Source: Desulfatiglandales bacterium (GTDB lineage Bacteria > Desulfobacterota > DSM-4660 > Desulfatiglandales > HGW-15). Taken from it: a DNA stretch of 64,000 bases. Where the stretch lies: assembly GCA_963667015.2 (NCBI GenBank), contig CAXXJJ010000004.1, positions 1,120,001 to 1,184,000 of the forward strand, given 5' to 3'. This document shows positions 1 through 9,764 of the stretch, piece by piece. A model generated the notes under the pieces. It was not told the DNA's origin. It searched no databases and was given only the letters and a program-made list of their open reading frames with translations. Position numbers and translations under genes: made by a program. Position 1 is the first letter of the stretch, and each line of letters begins with the position of its first letter.

Positions 1-1689
1 AATACTTTCATTTCCAAGAGAGATATTTTCTTTAAGATCCCCTGAAAAAAGAAAAACATCCTGCATCACAAGTGATATCCTGGATCGAAGATCTTTTTTT
101 TCAAGTTTCTTTATATCTATATCGTCAATAAAAACAGATCCTTCTTCAGGGTCATAAAATCTTTCTATCAGGTTCACTAGTGTGCTCTTGCCTGCCCCTG
201 TCGCTCCCACAACCGCAACCATCTCGCCCGGATTAATTTTAAAACTTATATTATTCAGAACCGGTCGCCCTTCTTTATACGAGAATGTTACGTTACGAAA
301 TTCAATCTTTCCCCTCTTTTCTTTTATATTCACGGGTGATCCAGGTTCGGGAATTGCTTCTCCATTATCCATGAATTCAAAAATTCTCTCAGTAGATGCC
401 ATTGCCGACTGCATAATATTGTATTTCTCAGATATATCCCTTATAGGTCTGAAAAACATCTGGATGTAACTGATAAACGCTACAAGTGCTCCAAGGCTCA
501 ATTGATCAGATATTACCTTGCCACCCCCATACCATATGATAAGGGCAACCCCTGTGGCTGATAAAAGCTCCATTACTGGTACAAAGATCGAAAACAGTTT
601 TAACTGGTGCATGCCGGCTAAATAATTTTCGTGATTAAGTCCTGAAAACACTCTCATCTGGTTCTTTTCTCTGGTCAATAACTGAATTATTCTCATACCG
701 CTAAACTGTTCCTGCTGATAGGAGTTTAGCTTGGAAATCTTTTCACGAAGAGTCCTGAATGCATCCCTCATCAGTCTGCTGAAAATAAGGGTGAATATAA
801 AGATAACAGGAAGTAATATAAAACTTACCAGCGCCAGTCTCCAGTTCAGGTAAACAAGCATCACCAGTATACCTACCAGGATGAAGATATCCTTAAAAAA
901 AGTCACAAGCACTGATTTGAACATCTCATTCAGGTTTTCAATATCATTTGTAACCCTTGTTACCAGACGCCCCACCGGATGTTTGTTAAAAAATGACAGA
1001 GCACGGCCCTGTATTCGTTCGAACAAAGTCAATCGAACATCCTGCATTATATTCTGCCCTATATATTCGAGAAGGTAGTAATCCAGATAATTCAGGCCGA
1101 GTGTAAGAAGAAGGATCAAAAGCAGAACAATCCCGACTGTCAAAAGACCATTAAAATCGCCGGCCCTGACCTTTAAAATTTCACTGGATGGCAGGGCATC
1201 AATTATGCCCTTTGGCAGTGCAATACGTCCATCTAAAAGGATGACAGGTTTGACATCATTCTTCATTAAGGTACCATTGTCATCTTTAAATATATAATAG
1301 GGTTCTTCGGATATGGAACCATCTTTTTTACAGTTATTAAGATCAATGGGATCAATACCCTTTATATCGCTCTTGTGGAAAAAAGCGTTTTCCCTGTCAC
1401 GGCTGTAGACCAGTCTATCTTTATATTTCAAAGAAAAATCTGCTGCTGTCTTATTTTCAGGATTATCAAGTGTTATCCGCTGCCATGAAGAGAGGATATA
1501 TCTATCGATAGCTATTTTTGAAAGGTATGGTACAACCAGGTCCATTAAGGTAATCAGAACGGCCACAGTAAGTGCAAGAGCAATAAACTTCCAATATGGA
1601 ATTGCAAACACCCCGAGGCGTTTCAGAAGCTTTAAATTATAGGGCTTCCCCAGCTTCCCTTCTTCCATGTATCCGAAATCACCATGCAT
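1..1689 (-). CDS. ABC transporter ATP-binding/permease protein (MsbA/MdlB-like), runs off the window
   Basis: Manual minus-strand reading from ATG 1689 (MHGDFGYMEEGKLGKPYNLKLLKRL...), TM helices, Walker A VGATGAGKS near 180-210; absent from the ORF track because no stop lies in the window. Confidence 0.85.
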   Translation of the reverse strand, partial: MHGDFGYMEEGKLGKPYNLKLLKRLGVFAIPYWKFIALALTVAVLITLMDLVVPYLSKIAIDRYILSSWQRITLDNPENKTAADFSLKYKDRLVYSRDRENAFFHKSDIKGIDPIDLNNCKKDGSISEEPYYIFKDDNGTLMKNDVKPVILLDGRIALPKGIIDALPSSEILKVRAGDFNGLLTVGIVLLLILLLTLGLNYLDYYLLEYIGQNIMQDVRLTLFERIQGRALSFFNKHPVGRLVTRVTNDIENLNEMFKSVLVTFFKDIFILVGILVMLVYLNWRLALVSFILLPVIFIFTLIFSRLMRDAFRTLREKISKLNSYQQEQFSGMRIIQLLTREKNQMRVFSGLNHENYLAGMHQLKLFSIFVPVMELLSATGVALIIWYGGGKVISDQLSLGALVAFISYIQMFFRPIRDISEKYNIMQSAMASTERIFEFMDNGEAIPEPGSPVNIKEKRGKIEFRNVTFSYKEGRPVLNNISFKINPGEMVAVVGATGAGKSTLVNLIERFYDPEEGSVFIDDIDIKKLEKKDLRSRISLVMQDVFLFSGDLKENISLGNESI

Positions 1690-1691
1690 CT

Positions 1692-3467
1692 TTATCCTTC
1701 ACCCTCTTCCAGGTTCTGGGACATAACCTGTTTTTTATAAAGTCGGCTGAATTCATCACCTGTTTTTAATAATGTTTCATAATTACCAGCTTCGATAATC
1801 CGGCCATCCTTCATAACCACTGCAAAATCCGACCGGCTGATTGTTGAAAGCCTGTGTGAAACAATAATATTCGTCTTGCCCTTTCTAAGATTTATTATCT
1901 CATTTAATATCTCTTCTTCAGTTCGGGTATCTATCATCGAAAGTGAATCATCAAGTATAAGTACAGGAGGATCAAGTATCATCGCCCTTGCAATTGTCAG
2001 ACGCTGCTTTTGGCCGCCCGAAAGGGTAACACCTTTTTCACCCAGTATTGTATACATCCCTTTATCCAGTTCCATTACATCATCATAGATCCTTGCACAT
2101 TTCATTGCCCCTTCGATCTGATCTTCTGTTATATCCTCTCTTCCGAAGATAATATTGTTTTTTATGGTATCTGAAAAAATAAAGGCTTCCTGTGTAATAA
2201 AACCTACATTCTCCCTTAATGACGAAAGTGAGACATCACGAATGTCCATTCCATCGATGAGTATGCTGCCGGTCTTCGGATCAATGAGACGCGGAATAAG
2301 GTGAAGTAATGAGGACTTCCCGGCCCCTACCCTTCCAACAAGCGACACCGTCTGCCCGTCACGGATCTCTAGGTTAATATTACTTAAGGCCGGCTGTGTT
2401 TTATCAGGGTACAGGAAACTAACATCCTTAAATGTTATCCTGCCTTTTACATTCTTGAAACTGTCAGCATGTCTCTTTGACTGTATTTCGGGGATTTCGT
2501 CCAGTATTTTGCTTATACGGCGCATTGAAGCGCCTCCGCGCTGAAAAAGATTTGTTACCCATCCCATGGCCATCATAGGCCATGTAAGAAGATTGAGGTA
2601 ACCGATAAAGGCGACAAAATCACCTGTTGTGATATCACCAAGGATTGTCAGCCTTCCTCCGAATAATATTACTATTGCAAGTCCAATATTGGTAAATATT
2701 GTCATCACGGGGAAAAAGAGGGCGAGGGTTCTGGCAAGTCTGATATTTACTGATACATAATCAAGACCTTCTTTCCTGACTTTTTCACGTGCCCATTCTT
2801 CCCTTACAAAAGATTTTACCACCCTTATACCGGCAAATGCCTCTCTTACACTCTCAGTAAGGTCTGAAAATGTCTTCTGGACTTTATCGTATCCTCTGGA
2901 CATTTTTTTTGTATAAATCCGGGCCATCAAAATTATAAAAGGAGCAGGTATAAGAGATAATGCCGCAAGAGAAGGACTGATATATAACATATAACATATG
3001 GCTGCGATTCCCATCACCAGCCCGTCAACAAGAGAAACCAGCCCCATCCCTGTGGCCATCCTGACAGCATTGATATCATTGATTGATCTGGCCATGATAT
3101 CACCGGTCTTTGTCCTCTGAAAAAAGGACATGGAAAGAGTCTGGAGATGGCTGAAAAGTCTGTTTCGTAATTGTTCTTCTACTATTCTGGAAAAACCTAT
3201 TACGCAAAATCTCCATGTATATCGAAATATTGCGATCAAAAAAGAAATGATCAATATGTAACAACTGTATTTAATAAGAATATGAGGTGTTGCGCATTTA
3301 TTTGTGAGGTCATCAACCGTCCATTTTAAAATAATGGGGATGCACAGTTGAAGAAAATCAACAGCAAGAAGAGAGATAAGGCCCGCAATCAGCCTGTACC
3401 TGTTATCGTAAAAATATTCTTTAAGAGGTAGGAAATCTTTTGCAGTTTTAACAAGAGGAAAATTCAT
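1692..3467 (-). CDS. ABC transporter ATP-binding/permease protein (MdlA-like half of a heterodimeric exporter)
   Basis: TM domain plus Walker A GRVGAGKS, LSGGQ signature, Walker B ILDD; directly upstream of a second half-transporter. Confidence 0.9.
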   Translation of the reverse strand: MNFPLVKTAKDFLPLKEYFYDNRYRLIAGLISLLAVDFLQLCIPIILKWTVDDLTNKCATPHILIKYSCYILIISFLIAIFRYTWRFCVIGFSRIVEEQLRNRLFSHLQTLSMSFFQRTKTGDIMARSINDINAVRMATGMGLVSLVDGLVMGIAAICYMLYISPSLAALSLIPAPFIILMARIYTKKMSRGYDKVQKTFSDLTESVREAFAGIRVVKSFVREEWAREKVRKEGLDYVSVNIRLARTLALFFPVMTIFTNIGLAIVILFGGRLTILGDITTGDFVAFIGYLNLLTWPMMAMGWVTNLFQRGGASMRRISKILDEIPEIQSKRHADSFKNVKGRITFKDVSFLYPDKTQPALSNINLEIRDGQTVSLVGRVGAGKSSLLHLIPRLIDPKTGSILIDGMDIRDVSLSSLRENVGFITQEAFIFSDTIKNNIIFGREDITEDQIEGAMKCARIYDDVMELDKGMYTILGEKGVTLSGGQKQRLTIARAMILDPPVLILDDSLSMIDTRTEEEILNEIINLRKGKTNIIVSHRLSTISRSDFAVVMKDGRIIEAGNYETLLKTGDEFSRLYKKQVMSQNLEEGEG

Positions 3468-3596
3468 ATTTATTTAATTTTTATATGATGACAAAACCGC
3501 TAATGCACGTGAATGTATGCTGATATTTTTATCAACACCTATCCATTAACTATTAGAAAATAATTCGCATTCATTAGCGGCAGCCAATGTTTTGAT

Positions 3597-5108
3597 CTAT
3601 TTTAACCTTAGCAGTTCGTCTATAACCTGCTTCATCTCCATTTCCTCTGCATATAAATCATCCTGATCAAAATACCCGGCACCTCGACGATAATACATGC
3701 CTCCGAAGCTGAAGTATGGGGTAGAGCTGTTGGAATTTTCAAATTCAAACTGTTTAACATAATCCTGGGGTATACTCATCTCAACCTGCGGAGTAAGGAA
3801 ATCGTCTTTGGTATTAAAATCATAGTGATGGGCTTCAATAAGGCCCTTCTCAACATATTCGGAAACGACCTCTTTAAAGGTTTCCTCAACCCACTCACAA
3901 AAGTGACATCCCACCCTGGTAAAGAGTAATATGACTGGCTGACCTTTGCTGTTTTTATAAATTTTATTGCCAGTTGCCTTGAAAGTTGAGAACTGTTTAA
4001 CAGGTGAATCCGCTTTTTCATTATTTTCATTATCCAGTGTTGCACTTACAGAACCTTTCCGGTCTGAGTCTGTATATTTCTTAATTTTTGCATCTTGCCT
4101 GAGCTGCTCCGCATATTTTAACAGTTCAGAAATGATGTGTTCCTCTTCAAGTGTATAATTAATGGAATCCCTTGCCTCTTCAAATGTTATAGACACCCCT
4201 TCAAGCTTGTCGCTCACATATATTATATGATATCCGTAATCTGTTGTAACAATATCGGATATTTCACCTCTATCCAGGCTAAAGGCTGCATCTTCAAAGG
4301 AAGGAAAAGCCGTACCTTTTTCTATCGTTCCCAGATAGCCTCCATCTTTCCCTGTGCTGTCAAAGGAATACCGCTGAGCAAGGCTTGCAAAATTTTCAGT
4401 AGTTGCTTCCTTTCGAACATTTTCAGCCAGTTCTTTTGCTTTACTCTTCGTCAAATTGCTTTTGCAGCCCTGGCTTTCGTTATGGCATATCAGTATATGA
4501 CTTGCTCTTATCCTTGCCGGTCTGTGATAGTATTCATCATTGGTTTTATAATATTCTCTTGCTTCTTTTTCCGGAATAACTTTTTCACCGAATTTCTTTA
4601 TATAAAGTTTCTTTAATATTAGAATATTTTTAAAATAAAGATCGGCATCATCTATTGTTAATGTTTTTGACTCCAGCCACTTTAATAATGTCTCCTCGGA
4701 AAATTGAAATAATTTCAGATATCTTTCTTTTTCGTTTTTAACCTCATCCTCTGTTACCTTTATTCCCATTTCATCTGCTTTATTAAGCAGTAAAAGTTCA
4801 GAAATATATTGATCGAGGTATGATTTTATCGTTAATCCCTTTTGATATGTCCTGGAAAATCTCGATATAAGAAAATATAGATTATACTGCTTTAACAGTT
4901 CTGAAGTAGAAATGGTTTTACCATCAATCTCGGCTGCAATATCCCAGTTGTTAATAGAATTTCCATTCACACCCGAAGCAGTCTCTTTTTCTACATCACC
5001 AGCACAAGCTGGGGTAAAACTCTGAATCATTGAAAATAAAACAACCATAATAAAGGTAAAAAAAATGTGTGATGACCTGTTTCCCGACTTGATTTTAAAT
5101 GGACTCAT
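3597..5108 (-). CDS. SurA/PrsA-like parvulin peptidylprolyl isomerase with C-terminal thioredoxin-like CxxC domain
   Basis: IRASHILI, F..LA..YS.D, GG.LG, T.YGYHII parvulin motifs; C-terminal LLFTRVGCHFC; ATG 5108 preceded by GAGGAG. Confidence 0.8.
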   Translation of the reverse strand: MSPFKIKSGNRSSHIFFTFIMVVLFSMIQSFTPACAGDVEKETASGVNGNSINNWDIAAEIDGKTISTSELLKQYNLYFLISRFSRTYQKGLTIKSYLDQYISELLLLNKADEMGIKVTEDEVKNEKERYLKLFQFSEETLLKWLESKTLTIDDADLYFKNILILKKLYIKKFGEKVIPEKEAREYYKTNDEYYHRPARIRASHILICHNESQGCKSNLTKSKAKELAENVRKEATTENFASLAQRYSFDSTGKDGGYLGTIEKGTAFPSFEDAAFSLDRGEISDIVTTDYGYHIIYVSDKLEGVSITFEEARDSINYTLEEEHIISELLKYAEQLRQDAKIKKYTDSDRKGSVSATLDNENNEKADSPVKQFSTFKATGNKIYKNSKGQPVILLFTRVGCHFCEWVEETFKEVVSEYVEKGLIEAHHYDFNTKDDFLTPQVEMSIPQDYVKQFEFENSNSSTPYFSFGGMYYRRGAGYFDQDDLYAEEMEMKQVIDELLRLK

Positions 5109-5232
5109 TTTTCTCCTCTTTTTCTCCGAACAATAAATAGGATTGAGTATATGTGGGATACCCCTGAGTGTCAATAAGCTGAAATGATAAGATAAAGAAT
5201 CATCATTTACGGATTGGAATTTTATCCCTGGC

Positions 5233-5580
5233 TTATGAACTTATATTGATATCTTCTGTCTGCTCATCGCCCGGCAGGCGGGTCCTAATGCAAATCTCAA
5301 AACCCATGGATTCAAGTGCCCTGATCCACCAGTAAGCATCTTCTTTCTTATTATATTTGCCTGCCAGCAGGAGGCAGTTATCATCCTCATCCCAGACCCA
5401 TGTATATTCCACAAAACGGATTCCTCCTGCTTCCAACTTTTTCCGAATCTCTGTTCTAATATTCTCACGAGCCTCGAAGCCCAGCGAACCGTAGGATGGA
5501 CCGCGTATAAGTACATAGTGAGTAGTTTTTTCATCCGATATCTCTGCCGTTATGTGGCCGTATTTATCATTGCTTCTCAA
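5233..5580 (-). CDS. hypothetical protein
   Basis: 115-aa ORF co-oriented with neighbours, plausible composition. Confidence 0.55.
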   Translation of the reverse strand: MRSNDKYGHITAEISDEKTTHYVLIRGPSYGSLGFEARENIRTEIRKKLEAGGIRFVEYTWVWDEDDNCLLLAGKYNKKEDAYWWIRALESMGFEICIRTRLPGDEQTEDINISS

Positions 5581-5802
5581 TTAACACCCTTTCAAATAAT
5601 AATGATTCTTTATTTTTCATGTCCGCATGCGGGAATGATTAGATATTAATTTTACAACCAATTTTTTTGATAGACAACACAACAGTAAATATAAAATTTA
5701 ATGCTGTTTAAGGAATCGGGTATCACTTCATGATTTATTTAGTGCCCACCATGAAGGAGACAATCAATGGATGTACACAGGTTAGAGTTCTTTTTTCACT
5801 AT

Positions 5803-6306
5803 TTACAATCGCTCCAGCATTTCGGGGCGTTCAGCTATATTTCGGCAGGCATCAGATGAGGAAAGAATCTTTTTCCCATCCGTATCGTAGACAATGCAGT
5901 AAGGTATTCTATGGATACTATACTGCTTCACAACCGGGGTGCGCCAGTTATAAATATTGATTTTACGCAGAGCAAACAGGTATGATTTTTTATTTTTCTC
6001 CCTCAACCGGGGACTTACCTCACGGCAGCCCGGTGACCAGTCAGCATAAAAGTAGAAAACTGTAAAGCGGCGATCGGACATATGTTCATCAAGAGATACT
6101 TCCTTGCCTCTACTTATGGTTGTTTCTGTCATATAATAATCAACCGGTTCTTTATGGGTGCTGGCGATGGACGTACGTTCTACCGGGAGCAGTGTCTTAC
6201 TCTCCTGAATTTCCGGATATACCTGATTATTTTTTACTGATGCAGAGGCATAATTATCTTTAAACATAATTATATTGACACACAGGTCCTTCCTAAATAA
6301 ATTCAA
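5803..6306 (-). CDS. thioredoxin-fold protein with WSPGC (SxxC) motif; start uncertain
   Basis: VFYFYADWSPGC...YSIHRIPY resembles thioredoxin active site and cis-Pro loop. Confidence 0.65.
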   Translation of the reverse strand: MNLFRKDLCVNIIMFKDNYASASVKNNQVYPEIQESKTLLPVERTSIASTHKEPVDYYMTETTISRGKEVSLDEHMSDRRFTVFYFYADWSPGCREVSPRLREKNKKSYLFALRKINIYNWRTPVVKQYSIHRIPYCIVYDTDGKKILSSSDACRNIAERPEMLERL

Positions 6307-6377
6307 CCCTCAAAAGAGGAATCCTTGTCCGATAATACTTGCTATTGTTCAATTTGTATAAATTAGAGGAGATGCCA

Positions 6378-7339
6378 ATGCTAAATAAAATAGTTTTATA
6401 CTGCCTTCTTGCAGCTTTTTGTATCCCGGCTCTTGCCGAAACAGGTGAGAGCTGTGATCGTTCCTGTCTGAAAAACTGGGTAGATAAATATCTTGTGGCC
6501 ATGCGGATCAGGATGTAAACCAGAATATATTTGCGCCTGACCTTAAATTTACTGAAGACGGAGTGCGTTTGCCCTTTGGCAAAGAGGGTCTCTGGTACAG
6601 TACGAGCAGTATAGGCAGTTACAAGTTTTATGTGCCGGATGTTGAAACCCAGCAGGTGGCATTTTTAGGCACCGTACGCGAAAAACCTTCAAAAAATGCA
6701 GAAGAAGCCCTTGTTGCCCTGGCCCTGCGCCTGAAAATACGAAACAACCGTATAACCGAGATTGAACAGATCGCGATCAGGCCTGACAGCGTCAACAGCA
6801 GTGCCGGAGACTTTCCCCCGACTGGTCCGGCTGTTGAGGCGATGGGAGCCCCCCACCCTATTTTTACTCAAGACATTCCTAAAAATGAACGCATGAGTCG
6901 TGAAGACCTTGTGAAGACGGCAAACCATTACTTTACCGGACTGGAAAAAAATGATGGAAAGGGATATTATCCATTTACCGATGACTGCGTTCGATTTGAG
7001 AACGGAGTGGATGTGCTGCTGAATACCAATCAGGAAACCGGTGAGCAGACCCGCATGACCTGTAAAAAGCAGTTTGAGGAGGGAGTCAAAGGTATCGTCA
7101 CCCGTATACGTGATCGCCGTTTTGTAGCAGTGGACAGGGAGAAGGGAATTGTTTTCTCCTTTGCGTTTTTTGATCATGATTTTATCCACTGGACCTGGCA
7201 GCTGGCAGAATTGTTCAAGATTGAAAATGGACAGATACGCCGCATTGAGGCCCTGTTTCATAGAGCCCCCTATGGAATTAATTCCGGATGGAGCAGTTAT
7301 GAGGAAGGAATATCAAACGATATACAGGATATACGCTGA
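6378..7339 (+). pseudogene. secreted hypothetical protein with a single frameshift near 6504 (pseudogene or sequence error)
   Basis: GAGGAG + ATG 6378 gives signal peptide MLNKIVLYCLLAAFCIPALAE..CDRSCLKNWVDKYLVAM then stop; the -1 frame continues DQDVNQNIFAPDLKFTEDGVRLPFG into the 6563-7339 ORF. Confidence 0.7.
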
Positions 7340-7589
7340 TAAAATCAAATATTAACCGGGGTGAATCTTTGACTCTGGACATACTGAAATCATGGATCAT
7401 TTAACAATTCTCAATTAACAATGATCATATGGTATATTGAAATATCTGGATAAAAAACGGGCTATGGTCTCTAGTTTCTAGTTTACAGTCTGCATTAACT
7501 GAAAACCAGGGACCAAAATCATATATTTCTCTAAATTAAGCATCATAGGTTTTCCCTCTCCTGTGCAATATCATAAAGTTGTTCCTTCG

Positions 7590-7618
7590 TTGACATATGA
7601 TCAGAGTTCCACTATCAT
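7590..7618 (+). promoter_or_regulatory. sigma70-type promoter upstream of the lipoprotein pair
   Basis: TTGACA-N17-TATCAT. Confidence 0.5.
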
Positions 7619-7859
7619 TGAATAATTAAAAAATTCATTATCACCGACTCATCTTCTGGTGATGCTAACATCTTAATAAAATACTGACTAATCAGAACTC
7701 TTGTTTATATTTCTTTTTTTACAGAACTTCATTCTAACATTGATAAAGATGGGTAGTGTATAGCAGGGTATTTTCCCTTCAGGTTTTTGTATTGCCTTTG
7801 GTTTGTATTTAAATTCTTTAAGAATCATAATAAAAATATAATAATTATGGAGACTCATA

Positions 7860-8228
7860 ATGACAAAAACTTTATTTTTAAAAAGGTTAAAAGAAAAATT
7901 TAGAAAAGGGATAATAAGTCTGGCCTGTATCTTTTTAATTGCCTTGCTGACCGGAGCATGTGCCGGTAAAAATAAAATGCAGGCATCTGCACAGGATAAA
8001 TCAAAAACAAGTGAGATCATTGGAGATCAAACAATAGAATGTCGCAAAAGGGCACCCACCGGCTCACGACTGAAAAGGAAAATTTGTAAAACAAAAGCAC
8101 AATGGGCCAGGGAGGACCATAGCAAACAACAGACAGCAGAGCAGTTACAAAAGGATTCTGAGCGTAATAGAAGACTTAATGTCTCGCCTGCGGATGGAAC
8201 GTTTCCGGGAGCTGCTGTCCCTCGCTGA
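7860..8228 (+). CDS. putative lipoprotein (paralog 1)
   Basis: Lipobox LTGAC; motif CRKRAPTGSRLKRKICKTKAQW shared with the next gene; RBS GGAG. Confidence 0.7.
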   Translation: MTKTLFLKRLKEKFRKGIISLACIFLIALLTGACAGKNKMQASAQDKSKTSEIIGDQTIECRKRAPTGSRLKRKICKTKAQWAREDHSKQQTAEQLQKDSERNRRLNVSPADGTFPGAAVPR

Positions 8229-8412
8229 TAATCATTGTCTATAGTTGCATTTTCTCCAGTTTTTATCCCTTTTCTACTGGATTTTTGCCTTCATATAGTT
8301 TAAATCTAGATGTGTATAAATATCAGGATAATGATCCTGTATGCTCTATTTCCTATTTCCTATTTTCTACTTAATATTCTTAATGTGAATACTACTAATC
8401 AGGGAGAAAAAA

Positions 8413-8829
8413 ATGCGAAAAGTTCTATTTATCAGTAGATTAAGTAAATTTTTCAGAGTTAATTCAGCAATAAACTTTGCCTGCGTTTTTATGATTGCCT
8501 TTGTTATGGGTGGATGTGCAGGAACAAAGAAAGAAACAAATATTATGCAGGCATCATCAGATATGAATAAAACTGTCCTGGCATCGGCGAATGTCGCATC
8601 AGAAAAAAGTGAGATCAGTGACGATCAGACAATAGTATGTCGCAGGATAGCGCCTACAGGTTCACGCCTGAAAAGGAAAGTATGCAAAACAAAGGCACTG
8701 TGGGCATTGGAAGCCGGCAGTGGAAACAAGGCAGCGGAGGATCTGCAAAAGGGTGTTGACCGGAATCGCAGTATTGCCGTCCCCTCTACAGATGCAATGG
8801 GAGGAATGTCGGTAGGTGTTCCACGTTAA
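8413..8829 (+). CDS. putative lipoprotein (paralog 2)
   Basis: Lipobox MGGC; motif CRRIAPTGSRLKRKVCKTKALW; RBS GGGAG. Confidence 0.7.
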   Translation: MRKVLFISRLSKFFRVNSAINFACVFMIAFVMGGCAGTKKETNIMQASSDMNKTVLASANVASEKSEISDDQTIVCRRIAPTGSRLKRKVCKTKALWALEAGSGNKAAEDLQKGVDRNRSIAVPSTDAMGGMSVGVPR

Positions 8830-8896
8830 TCACCCACAGATACTGATGGGTAATATCTTTTTTACAAATCTTTTACAAAATATTGATTTACCATCA

Positions 8897-9001
8897 TTGA
8901 CATGGTGAATGGACTTCTTTATGATTATTTATGCTTAAAGCTTAGGTTAGTTTAGTCTCCAGAAAGGTCGAGAGGTCCCTTCTCGGCCTTTCACCTTTTT
9001 T
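8897..9001 (+). ncRNA. candidate small RNA (~70 nt) with own promoter and intrinsic terminator
   Basis: TTGACA(8897)-N17-TATGAT, then hairpin GAAAGGTCGAGA..TCTCGGCCTTTC (8962-8992) and a T run; no plausible ORF in between. Confidence 0.45.
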
Positions 9002-9113
9002 AGTTTTAAAATTCCGGATATCCTATATATATTTTATCGAGATAATAATCAGAATCGGACCCATGCCATGTGACATCATGTGGGTGTAAGAATTTTATCA
9101 GCATGCAATGGAA

Positions 9114-9764
9114 TTAAACAGAGGCACTATCAATATTTTTAAGATAACCTTCTACTATTTTAGCAGGATCTATCCCTAAAAATTGTGCATATATTTTCAG
9201 GAAATTTTTTATATAACTGCCTGAAGGCAGTTTTTCAATATCACCCTCTTCCATTGACTGCAATACTGAAACACTGATCCTTGTAACTTCAAATACATCC
9301 TGCAGTTCAATACCCATTGCCTCACGCAATGTTCTCAGGTCATTGCCGGTTACCAGTTCTTTTGCAAGGATACTATCGGTGATAGTTTTGACTTCTACGT
9401 TTTTTACCTTTTCCTCAATCTTTCTACGAAATATGCCGGAGCCGGCTGAACTGCGGCCCCCAAAAATTGATACGAGCTTCTGACTGTCCGGTTTTAAAAG
9501 ATCAGATTCATTAATCTGGCCGGATTCAACAAGAATACGATCATATTCGGATCTTGCGTTTTTATCTATCAGAGTTGTAAATGCACACTCAATATTCTGA
9601 AGGATCTCTCTTCTTTCTTCATCCGAAAACAGAGAATAGGTGACTGATGAGTCTTCACTATATATTGAAAGCGTATCCTTATATGCCTGACGGATTTCAA
9701 AATCAGACGCACTGACTTGAACTTTCAGCATTTCGTAATAGTTTAATTCTTCAAAGCTCTTCAT
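9114..9764 (-). CDS. DnaJ-like domain + XRE/RodZ-type HTH protein
   Basis: N-terminal NYYEMLKV..AS..EIRQAY (J-like, HPD absent); C-terminal LRTLREAMGIELQDV..TRI..LPSGSYIKNFLKIYA. Confidence 0.75.
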   Translation of the reverse strand: MKSFEELNYYEMLKVQVSASDFEIRQAYKDTLSIYSEDSSVTYSLFSDEERREILQNIECAFTTLIDKNARSEYDRILVESGQINESDLLKPDSQKLVSIFGGRSSAGSGIFRRKIEEKVKNVEVKTITDSILAKELVTGNDLRTLREAMGIELQDVFEVTRISVSVLQSMEEGDIEKLPSGSYIKNFLKIYAQFLGIDPAKIVEGYLKNIDSASV

